From Coriobacteriales bacterium (lineage in GTDB: Bacteria > Actinomycetota > Coriobacteriia > Coriobacteriales > UBA8131): a stretch of 64,000 nt of DNA. The DNA lies in contig JAIRQA010000040.1 in NCBI GenBank assembly GCA_031256715.1, positions 16,736-80,735 on the forward strand. The letters run 5' to 3'. Positions within the stretch are counted from its first letter, which is position 1. Each line of letters starts with the position of its first letter. This document shows positions 40,344 through 48,780 of this stretch, piece after piece. A program made the position numbers and the translations under genes. Under the pieces are notes generated by a model. The model worked only from the letters and a program-made list of their open reading frames with translations. It did no database searches and was not told where the DNA came from.

Positions 40344-41195
40344 ATGAAAATTATCGCATGCTGCAAGGCTGCTCCTGAAGAGCAAGACATCGTTGTTAGG
40401 GACGATGGCAGTTTAGACTTTAGCAGGGCAGACTATAAGTTTGGTTCCTACGATCTTAACGCAATTGAAGCTGCACGCGTATTAGCAGATCAGGTTGGTG
40501 GCGAGGTTATTGGTCTTAGCGTGGGTTCAAGCGAGCTAGCAAACAGCAAGCTGCGCAAGGATGCTTTGTCGCGCGGCTTAGACGAGTTGGTGGTTGTGAC
40601 TCGTTCGTCTGTAGGCGAGGATGCAAATGACAGTGTGTCGGATTTAAGTATGTCGGATTTAAGTGTGTCGAATTTGGACAGCTATCAGACAGCCAAACTG
40701 TTGGCAGACGCTTTAGAACAAATGGGTGACTACGACCTTGTTTTGTGTGGAGCAGGCTCCTCAGATTTCTACGCGCAGCAGGTAGGCAATCAGTTAGGGG
40801 CACTACTTGGTATAACTTCGCTTAGCGCCATAAACAGTATAAAGCCTGACGTAGAATCTGATGCCGAGATTTCTGAAGCAGCTACGAACATAGACTCTGT
40901 CATTGTTCAACGACTCTTAGAACAAGAAGTGCAGTGTGTTCGCGTAAAGCTTCCAGCTGTTCTAAGTGTTACATCTGGCATCAATGTGCCGCGTATCGCC
41001 GGAATGAAAGATATTTTGGCTGCCGGCAAAAAACCGGTTAAGGAATTAGTTGCTTTAGGGACGCCGGAAACTAGCACTCAGACCATATCGGTAAAGGCGC
41101 CGCCTGCGGCTAGTCGCAAGCAGGAAATTATTCAGGGTGATGCCAATGAGTCTGTAGCGCGGTTGCTAGAACTTGCATCGTCTGTTCTGCGTTGA
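40344..41195 (+). CDS. fixA: electron-transfer flavoprotein beta subunit, FixA-like
   Basis: MKIIACCKAAPEEQDIVV..DGSLDFSRADYKFGSYDLNAIEAA closely parallels the E. coli FixA N-terminus. Small S/D/L repeat insert at about 40610-40690. Confidence 0.85.
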   Translation: MKIIACCKAAPEEQDIVVRDDGSLDFSRADYKFGSYDLNAIEAARVLADQVGGEVIGLSVGSSELANSKLRKDALSRGLDELVVVTRSSVGEDANDSVSDLSMSDLSVSNLDSYQTAKLLADALEQMGDYDLVLCGAGSSDFYAQQVGNQLGALLGITSLSAINSIKPDVESDAEISEAATNIDSVIVQRLLEQEVQCVRVKLPAVLSVTSGINVPRIAGMKDILAAGKKPVKELVALGTPETSTQTISVKAPPAASRKQEIIQGDANESVARLLELASSVLR

Positions 41196-41225
41196 GTAAA
41201 GCCGATTATAAGAAAGAGGTCATAA

Positions 41226-42362
41226 ATGTCAAATTATTCAATTTGGGTAGTAGCCCACGAAGCAGACGCAGCAGCAGAACTTGTTTCCGGAGCACTTTGT
41301 TTAAGCAGCAATGTGAATGCTGTAACTTTTGGTGGCGAGGCAGTAGCCAAGGCCGCACAGGCGCAAGGGGCATTAACGGTATTAAGTGTTAACGCTATTG
41401 ACACACCTGCTACTGACGTGTCTGCTATGGGTACGCCTGCTACTGACGTGTCTGCTGTTGGCACATCTGGGCCAGATAATACTTTAAAAAACTGCTTGCC
41501 AGAAAATCATAGTAAAGCTTTGGCAAAGTTGCTTCAGGAACGCAATTCTAAACTAACTATCTTTAGCGCTACGGCTACAGGTCGTTTGATGGCAGGTATG
41601 GTTGCCAGCCACTTGGGCACTAGTGCTTATAATGCTGCGTCTATAACTATTAATGATGACACACCTGTCATAACAAGCATGGTCTATGGCGGATGCGCCA
41701 TCGCGACTCGCAGGCTTTTAAGCTCACAGGCAGTTATTACTGTAGGTGCTGGCGTTTTAGGGGCGGTATTGCCAGAGTCGCAAGAGCCGCAAGCGTCTGC
41801 ATTGTCAGCGGCATTGCCGGAGTCGCAAGAGCCGCAAGCGTCTGCATTGTCATCGGCATTGCCAGAGGCGGCAGAGTCAGAGCTAGCGTTGTCAGAGCCG
41901 CAAGCGTCTGGCAGCATAGAGCAGATTGATTTAAGTGTTAATGACAATGCTGCAGTTGTGCTTGAAGTAAAGCCGCGTAAGACAGAAAGTGTAAACCTTG
42001 CTGCAGCAAAACGTGTCATTGGCGTTGGTCGTGGCTTTGCCGCCAAGGAAGATTTAGAGTTAGCGTTTAACTTAGCTAGCAAGCTAGATGCCGAGCTTGC
42101 ATGTAGCCGTCCTATTACAGAAAGCGAGAACTGGATGGCTCGCGAGCGCTACATTGGTGTATCTGGTGTTGTGGTTAAGCCTGAATTATATATTGCTTTG
42201 GGTATCTCTGGTCAGATTCAGCACATGGTTGGCGTGAATCAGGCGAAAACCATCATCGCCATTAACAAGGACAAGAACGCTCCTGTATTCAAACAGGCCG
42301 ATTATGGCATTGTTGGCGATATCTATGAGGTTTTGCCGGTCTTAACATCAGCGCTTTCTTAG
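41226..42362 (+). CDS. fixB: electron-transfer flavoprotein alpha subunit, FixB-like, with two tandem-repeat insertions
   Basis: C-terminal ELACSRPITESENWMARERYIGVSG..KPELYIALGISGQIQHMVG...IIAINKDKNAPVF..ADYGIVGD as in FixB/EtfA. Inserts at 41393-41470 and 41765-41915. Confidence 0.85.
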   Translation: MSNYSIWVVAHEADAAAELVSGALCLSSNVNAVTFGGEAVAKAAQAQGALTVLSVNAIDTPATDVSAMGTPATDVSAVGTSGPDNTLKNCLPENHSKALAKLLQERNSKLTIFSATATGRLMAGMVASHLGTSAYNAASITINDDTPVITSMVYGGCAIATRRLLSSQAVITVGAGVLGAVLPESQEPQASALSAALPESQEPQASALSSALPEAAESELALSEPQASGSIEQIDLSVNDNAAVVLEVKPRKTESVNLAAAKRVIGVGRGFAAKEDLELAFNLASKLDAELACSRPITESENWMARERYIGVSGVVVKPELYIALGISGQIQHMVGVNQAKTIIAINKDKNAPVFKQADYGIVGDIYEVLPVLTSALS

Positions 42363-42469
42363 ACGCAATACAGCAGTTAAAGCATGGGGCTTTTTAAAAA
42401 GCAAAAGCAAAAGTCATAAGAACAGTTAAGGGACAATTAAGGGACAATTAAGGTGAGTTAAACGCAATC

Positions 42470-44035
42470 ATGAGTGACATTATTGGCAACACAACCATAG
42501 GCGAGCTTTGGCAGGATGCTGCGTGTACCTACGCAAACAAGACATTTCTAGTCTTCGAGGCCGTAGATGGCAGCAAGCAATCCTATAGTTATGGCAGCTT
42601 TTATGCCCAGATTTGCCGTAGCGCTAATCTTTTTTACTCGTGCGGCATTAGACAAGGTGACATGGTTTTAATGCAGCTATGTAACTCTGCAGAGTTTCTG
42701 ATGGTGTTTTTTGGCTTAAATTTAATAGGCGCGGTTGTTGTGCCTTTAGCTTCTAAAAGTTCGCAACACGAGTTACAGCAGGCACTTTTGGTTTGTAAAC
42801 CAAAGTGGGCAGTTGTTAACGCTGAGCATGTTCAGGCTTATTCAGAAATAGCTAAGGCGGGTGAGTACCTATGTGGTGGTGTCTTTACAGTTAACTCTAA
42901 AGGTAAAGTTAGCTCAATCAAACAAGCCAACATTTTAGATTTTAATGCCAAGCTGTCCGGTGCGAGCGATTCGGTTCCGCCAACAACTGTTACAGACAAC
43001 ATGCAACTTGCAGAGTTGCTCTTTACCTCCGGAACAACCGCCGCTCCAAAAGCCGTAATGATCACACACGCCAACTTGGTTTTTAGTGGTATCTATGGCA
43101 ATTGGCAAACCAGCATGCGCTCTGACGACCGGCTCCTTAGCACCATGCCCGCATGTCATTCAAATTTTCAGATGGCAGCGTTAATGCCGGTTTTGGTGGC
43201 GGGTGCCACACTTATTTTGGTAGAACGCTATAGCGCCAGTCGTTTTTGTTCACAACTACGCCGACATCGCGCAACTATCACACAATTAATATCCATGATG
43301 GTGCGCACGCTGTTGCTTCAACCGCCAAAAGCAGATGACGCACAAAACGACTTACGTGAGGCGCTCTACTTTATGCCTTTATCTGATGTCGAGAAAAACG
43401 CATTTGAGCAGCGCTTTAACGCACGTCTGATGAACACTTATGGCTCTACAGAGACTATAGGATGGGCTGTTACTGATTCTCCATTTGGCAAGCGCTGCTG
43501 GCCAAGCGTTGGTAAAGCAGGATTGGGTTACGAAGTTGGTATTTTTAACGGTGATGGTAAAGAGGTACAACCAGGCGAAGTGGGCGAGTTTCGCGTTAAG
43601 GGCATAGCAGGTCGCACTCTAGCGTTGGGATATTATCAGCAACCTGAGCTTAGTGCTCAGATCATAGATAAAAACGGCTGGATGCGCACCGGTGACAAAG
43701 GTTATATGAATGCAGATGGCTGGTTTTATTTCTGCGATCGTCAGGCAAATATTATTAAACGCGCTGGCGAAAATGTTTCTGCGACAGAGGTAGAGACTGT
43801 ACTTTGTGAGCATCCAGATATCAGTGAAGCTGCGGTTATCGGCGTACATGATGAACTTCGTGATGAAGCGGTTAAGGCATTTGTACTGCCGGTGAGCGGT
43901 GCTTTTCTCGACAAAGAAGAAATAAAACAATGGTGTGCTAGTAAGCTAGCAAGCTATAAAATACCAACAGAGATTGAGTTTGTGAGCGAGTTTCCGCGTA
44001 CCGTGAGTATGAAGATAGAAAAGCGACTTTTGTAG
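42470..44035 (+). CDS. caiC: acyl-CoA ligase, CaiC-like (crotonobetaine/carnitine-CoA ligase)
   Basis: LFTSGTTAAPKAVMITH AMP-binding motif, YGSTET and TGD..Y...G.FYF.DR. Overall colinear with E. coli CaiC (IIG......W.D......KT...). Confidence 0.78.
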   Translation: MSDIIGNTTIGELWQDAACTYANKTFLVFEAVDGSKQSYSYGSFYAQICRSANLFYSCGIRQGDMVLMQLCNSAEFLMVFFGLNLIGAVVVPLASKSSQHELQQALLVCKPKWAVVNAEHVQAYSEIAKAGEYLCGGVFTVNSKGKVSSIKQANILDFNAKLSGASDSVPPTTVTDNMQLAELLFTSGTTAAPKAVMITHANLVFSGIYGNWQTSMRSDDRLLSTMPACHSNFQMAALMPVLVAGATLILVERYSASRFCSQLRRHRATITQLISMMVRTLLLQPPKADDAQNDLREALYFMPLSDVEKNAFEQRFNARLMNTYGSTETIGWAVTDSPFGKRCWPSVGKAGLGYEVGIFNGDGKEVQPGEVGEFRVKGIAGRTLALGYYQQPELSAQIIDKNGWMRTGDKGYMNADGWFYFCDRQANIIKRAGENVSATEVETVLCEHPDISEAAVIGVHDELRDEAVKAFVLPVSGAFLDKEEIKQWCASKLASYKIPTEIEFVSEFPRTVSMKIEKRLL

Positions 44036-44258
44036 GTATTGGCTATGTGCCTTGCAAGCGGCTAATTAAAGCGGTGCCAGGCATGCTTAAGCAAAGGTAG
44101 GTAATGGTTGGTCGAGGTAGGTAAGAGCAGGTAAAGGTAGTGAAGCCAAAGGTAGGCAAGGGTAGGTCGAGGTAGGTAAGAGCAGGTAAAGCTAAACAGA
44201 GTTTAGAAACAAGTAAAACAAGTAAAACAAGTAAATTTTAGTGAAAGGAAGTAACATC

Positions 44259-45131
44259 ATGGCAATCAGCACAGAAATCGTGGGCAAGGAATTTGGACCT
44301 TTTGTACGCGAATACACTTTTAGGGATTTGGAGATATGCGCTTTAGGTTGTGGCGCAGGTTTTGATGGCAAGACTGACCTAGAATACATTAACGAGGTTG
44401 ATCCCGCCGCGCCTAAGTTAAAGGTGCTGCCAATTTTTGGCGTGCCACTTACGGTGCACGAAGAGATGACTAAGACGCTTGATTATGGTTACAATTACGC
44501 TGGGTCGCTGCACTATGGTTTCGAGATTTTATTTCACGCGCCATTTAAGATGAATGATCGCATAGAGACGTTTGTTACTCAAGACGCTCTTTACGATCGC
44601 GGCGAGGGACGTGGTTGTCTTTCTAAGCAGACAGGCCGCTCATATAGTGCCGATGGCACCCATCTGTGCACAACAGAGACCTGGGATTGCTGCATTTTCG
44701 ATGGTGGCTGGGGTGGGCCTGCCGCTCCTAAAGATATAGTAGAAATGCCTGAACGCAAGCCCGATATCGTTGTTCAGGAAGTTTTTCCTCTTAACCAGCC
44801 TCTTATCTATCGCTTGATGGGCGATTGGCACCAGCAGCACATAGATTGGTCATATACCAAGCAAACTGGCCTTGAGCGTCCAATTGCGCACGCTATAAGC
44901 TATGCGGGAGTTGTTATGCGTCATGCCATAGCCAACTATTTTCCGGGTGAGCCTGAGCGTATGACTCGCTTTAAAACACGCGTAACCTCACCGCTTTTGC
45001 CAGGCACAATTTTACATACACGTCTTTGGCAAGTTGGTCAGAATGAATTGCGCTTTGCTCTTTATGATGCCGATGCAGATGAGAAGCAAAGCAAGCCGCA
45101 TCTTAACTTTGGCATTATTCAGTGGAAGTAG
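44259..45131 (+). CDS. MaoC-like double hot-dog (R)-specific enoyl-CoA hydratase/dehydratase
   Basis: About 290 aa. N-terminal VGKEFGPF..EYTFRDL..CALG is typical of the MaoC_dehydrat_N half, and the C-terminal half has a P(L)IYRL(M)GDWHQQHID hot-dog signature. It occupies the slot where CaiD would be expected. Confidence 0.65.
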   Translation: MAISTEIVGKEFGPFVREYTFRDLEICALGCGAGFDGKTDLEYINEVDPAAPKLKVLPIFGVPLTVHEEMTKTLDYGYNYAGSLHYGFEILFHAPFKMNDRIETFVTQDALYDRGEGRGCLSKQTGRSYSADGTHLCTTETWDCCIFDGGWGGPAAPKDIVEMPERKPDIVVQEVFPLNQPLIYRLMGDWHQQHIDWSYTKQTGLERPIAHAISYAGVVMRHAIANYFPGEPERMTRFKTRVTSPLLPGTILHTRLWQVGQNELRFALYDADADEKQSKPHLNFGIIQWK

Positions 45132-45141
45132 CATTAATCTT

Positions 45142-46482
45142 ATGAGCGGCGTTAACGACACTAAAGATAAGGTCATGCTAGACGATGTGGGCATGTCACC
45201 TTTTTTGCGCAGGGTAACGATTTTTGCCAGCGGTGGTCCGTTTTTAGATGGATATGTACTTGCGATTATTGGAGTTGCCTTAGTTCAGCTAACGCCACAA
45301 CTACAGATGACTGCTCAAGAGACAGCACTTACCGGAGTGGCGGCATTGGCGGGTTTGTTTTTAGGCACTTTGGTGGGAGGTTATATTACAGATCTCTTGG
45401 GTCGCAAGGTTATGTTCACAATTGACATAGCTGCTATTGCGGCAATATCTATTGTTAGCATATTTGTAAGTTCGCCTGTAGAGCTGATTATCATGCGTCT
45501 GCTTATTGGCGTGGCAATTGGTGCCGACTACCCTATAGCGACATCACTGGTGGCAGAATTTACGCCTGGTCGCTATAGGGCAATATCTATGGGCGTTTTG
45601 GCAGCTATGTGGTACGTTGGAGCGACATTTGCCGGTCTAGTTGGCTTTCTCTGCATCAATCTAGACGATGGCTGGAAGTGGATGCTGGGCAGTTCTATTC
45701 TGCCTTGTTTGCTAATATTTCTTGGTCGCTTAGACATTCCGGAGTCTCCACGTTGGCTTAATCGTAAGGGTCGAACAGAAGAAGCAACAATGATAGTTCA
45801 CAGGCTCTTTGGTATGCAAGTAGAGCTAGAGAAAGAAGCAGCCCAAAAGACGCGCTATCGCAAACTATTCACGCATGGCTATTTTGGACGCGTTATTTTT
45901 GTTGGTACCATCTGGCTTTGTCAAGTTGTGCCAATGTTTGCCATCTATACCTTTGGACCTCAGATTATGGAAGCTTTTGGCTTAAGTTCTGGACACGAAG
46001 CAATTTTGGGCGACATCGCTATTAGCCTTTTTTTTCTTGCCGGCTGCATACCAGCGATGTATCTACTAAACAGTCTGGGCAGACGTCCAATGCTTATTGG
46101 CAGTTTTGCGATGATGACTTTAACCCTACTGGTGCTGGGGATATATCCCGATGCAGGCATAGTCATAGTTGTGTCGTTGTTTGCCCTTTACGCGTTTTTT
46201 AGTGGAGGTCCGGGCATCATGCAGTGGCTTTATCCAAATGAGTTGTTCCCTACAGATATCCGCGCTTCGGCGGTGGGTGCGGCTATGGCGTTCTCGCGTA
46301 TAGGTACGGTTGTCTCTACATATGCTTTACCAATGTTCATGGTGACCTATGGCGTGGGATCTGTGATGCTTGTTGGTGCTGGCATATCAGTTGTCGGTTT
46401 GCTGGTGAGCATATTTTTTGCGCCAGAGACAAAGGGACGCTCATTAGTTCAGACAAGTGCCTTAGATGATGGCAAGCATTGA
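45142..46482 (+). CDS. MFS transporter (sugar-porter-like)
   Basis: 12 TM. LGRKVMF-type loop, PESPRWL motif and ELFPTDIRASAVG. ATG 45142 lies just after the upstream stop, and the track start overlaps the MaoC gene. Confidence 0.75.
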   Translation: MSGVNDTKDKVMLDDVGMSPFLRRVTIFASGGPFLDGYVLAIIGVALVQLTPQLQMTAQETALTGVAALAGLFLGTLVGGYITDLLGRKVMFTIDIAAIAAISIVSIFVSSPVELIIMRLLIGVAIGADYPIATSLVAEFTPGRYRAISMGVLAAMWYVGATFAGLVGFLCINLDDGWKWMLGSSILPCLLIFLGRLDIPESPRWLNRKGRTEEATMIVHRLFGMQVELEKEAAQKTRYRKLFTHGYFGRVIFVGTIWLCQVVPMFAIYTFGPQIMEAFGLSSGHEAILGDIAISLFFLAGCIPAMYLLNSLGRRPMLIGSFAMMTLTLLVLGIYPDAGIVIVVSLFALYAFFSGGPGIMQWLYPNELFPTDIRASAVGAAMAFSRIGTVVSTYALPMFMVTYGVGSVMLVGAGISVVGLLVSIFFAPETKGRSLVQTSALDDGKH

Positions 46483-46675
46483 TGCAGTGTATGCTACGCG
46501 GTGATGGCAAGTATGGCAGACGGCGATGCCAAGCGGTGATGGCAAGTATGGCAAGTGGCGGCAAAAAGTAGCGGTGGCAAGTATGGCAAGCAATGATGCC
46601 AAGCGGTGATGGCAAAACCCCAAGTGCGAAGATGAGCGGCGACGGTGAGCAATGATGCCTTGGATGGCAAGTAAG
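46465..46675. repeat. degenerate tandem repeats (GATGGCAAG / GGTGATGGCAAGTATGGCA words) between the MFS gene and fixC
   Basis: GCGGTGATGGCAAGTATGGCA and close variants recur at least 5 times. Confidence 0.8.
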
Positions 46676-46724
46676 CTAACAAGCTAGTATGTTAGTATAA
46701 GATTATAATATAAAGGAGTTTGTA

Positions 46725-48014
46725 ATGGCAGATTTTGACGCAATTGTAGTAGGTTCGGGTTGTGCGGGCGCGGTGGCTGCCCATGAGCTTGCAAGTGCCC
46801 AAAAAAACACATTAGTAATAGAACGTGGCGAACGCAATGGTGCAAAGAACATGTCGGGCGGACGCCTATATACACACTCGCTTGCTGCTGTGTTTCCCGA
46901 GTATAAGACGGAAGCGCCGCTTGAGCGTAGGATTGCTCACGAGCGCTTATCGTTTATCACAGACGATGCCTGTACAACTGTAGATTTTTCTTCGGGGCAA
47001 ATGCTTGTGCCAAATTCTGATTCTTATTCTGTACTTAGGGCAGAGTTTGACGAGTGGCTTTCTAGTAAAGCAGAGTCGGCAGGTGCCGAGTATATCAATG
47101 GTATAGCAGTAGAAGGATTGCTTAAAGACGACAGTGGTCGCGTGATTGGTGTAAGAGCCGGAGATGATGAAATAAGCGCTGATATTGTGATTCTTGCCGA
47201 TGGCGTAAACTCGCTTTTGAGCAAAGAAGCAGTTGGTTTTAAGGCGCCTTTGCCAAGCACTATGGCTGTGGGTATCAAGCAAGTAATCGAGCTGCCAGAG
47301 GCGGTTATTAGCGACCGCTTGTTATCACAAGACGGCGATGGCGCTGCATGGCTCTTTGTTGGCGATGCGACACATGGTCACATTGGCGGTGGCTTTATGT
47401 ATACCAATAGAGCTTCTATTTCTCTGGGATTGGTGGCAACAATTTCTGATCTCTTTACAGCCAAACGTCCAATATATCAGATGTTGGAAGATTTAAAGGC
47501 GCATTCGGCAGTTGCACCATTAATTAAGGGCGGCAAAGTTGTAGAGCACTCTGGTCATATGGTACCAGAGGGTGGTCTAAAGATGATGCCGCCACTTACT
47601 GCAGATGGTGTTATGTTGGCAGGCGAATCCGCTATGATGTGTATAAATCTTGGTTATATGGTGCGCGGCATGGATTATGCTATTGCGGCAGGTATGCATG
47701 CTGGGCGAGCGGCTGCCGCCGCTTTAAATAAAGGCGACACATCTGCCGCTGGTTTGGCTGATTACCAAAAAGCGCTGGAAGATAGCTTTGTACTTCAGGA
47801 TTTAAGGCAGTTTTCCGGATTCCCGCATTTTATGGAGAGTACGACGCGTTTATTTAAGGAGTATCCACAGATGCTTAGCGATGTCATGAATACACTGTTT
47901 GTTGTGGATGGGCGTCCAGTGGCACCGCTAAAGAAATCACTAAAACCCATTGTTAAACAGGTGGGCTTAATAAACATGCTTAAGGATGTCAGAGGAGGTA
48001 TAAAAGCATTATGA
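46725..48014 (+). CDS. fixC: FAD-dependent ETF-quinone-oxidoreductase-like protein FixC
   Basis: FDAIVVGSGCAGAVAA, VIERGERNGAKNMSGGR, ILADGVNS and GGFMYTN...SLGLV are colinear with E. coli FixC. Confidence 0.85.
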   Translation: MADFDAIVVGSGCAGAVAAHELASAQKNTLVIERGERNGAKNMSGGRLYTHSLAAVFPEYKTEAPLERRIAHERLSFITDDACTTVDFSSGQMLVPNSDSYSVLRAEFDEWLSSKAESAGAEYINGIAVEGLLKDDSGRVIGVRAGDDEISADIVILADGVNSLLSKEAVGFKAPLPSTMAVGIKQVIELPEAVISDRLLSQDGDGAAWLFVGDATHGHIGGGFMYTNRASISLGLVATISDLFTAKRPIYQMLEDLKAHSAVAPLIKGGKVVEHSGHMVPEGGLKMMPPLTADGVMLAGESAMMCINLGYMVRGMDYAIAAGMHAGRAAAAALNKGDTSAAGLADYQKALEDSFVLQDLRQFSGFPHFMESTTRLFKEYPQMLSDVMNTLFVVDGRPVAPLKKSLKPIVKQVGLINMLKDVRGGIKAL

Positions 48015-48397
48015 GTGCAAAGAGCAACACAATAACGGTGGCAAATGAAAACTCATCAAATGATTTTGGCTTAGAAAAAGGGTTAAAAACGGCCATCGTA
48101 ACTGCAATTGATTCATTAACGGTAAACACTGACGAATATCTGGCACTTAATAAATATGAGGTTGATGAGGCAAATGCCCATATAGAACTAATAGATAATC
48201 CCAGTGAAGAAGAGTTTTTAAAACTTGTTCGCGTTTGTCCGGCCGCCCTTTATAAAATAGACGCTGAAGGCAAACAAAGCTTCGATTACGCCGGCTGCCT
48301 TGAGTGCGGCACATGTCGTATTGCTTGTGGAGACACAATAATTGCCAAGTGGGAAAATCCCCAACCCACCATGGGCATTATTTATCGGTACGGCTAA
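48011..48397 (+). CDS. fixX: ferredoxin-like protein FixX (with an N-terminal extension)
   Basis: CPAALYK......FDYAGCLECGTCRI....I..WE.P....GI.YRYG matches the E. coli FixX C-terminal pattern. ATGA overlap with fixC. Confidence 0.85.
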   Translation: MSAKSNTITVANENSSNDFGLEKGLKTAIVTAIDSLTVNTDEYLALNKYEVDEANAHIELIDNPSEEEFLKLVRVCPAALYKIDAEGKQSFDYAGCLECGTCRIACGDTIIAKWENPQPTMGIIYRYG

Positions 48398-48780
48398 GCA
48401 GTACCCGAACACAGCAAGTCACGGTAGACGCTTGGCAGCTAGCCGGGCATTGTGTATCGTTACGGGTAAGCTGCACTCCAACGCTTTAGAGCAAGGTCAG
48501 ACCTCCATCTTCGCGCGCAGCTCGCCTCACGTAAAGCTAAGCTGCGCTCAAACGCTTTAGAGCAAGGTCAGATTCGCAAAACGCCTCTGCTTAATTCTAT
48601 AATCACTACGTGCGTATTAGTCCGCTTGCCCGAATAAACCATTGGGTATGAGTCTTTATAAGACTTAATTGGGTATACTACTGAATGTTTAGGCAATAAA
48701 GCATGTGCCAAAAAAGCATAAAGAGCAGTAGAGTAAGCAAGCGCAAATAAATAAGCGCAAATAGAAGAAAGAGAGGAAAC

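Noticed and set aside
45034-45141. Track start of the second MFS gene at 45034
   Set aside because: It would overlap the MaoC gene by 98 nt and encodes junk residues. ATG 45142 (or 45175) fits the transporter N-terminus.
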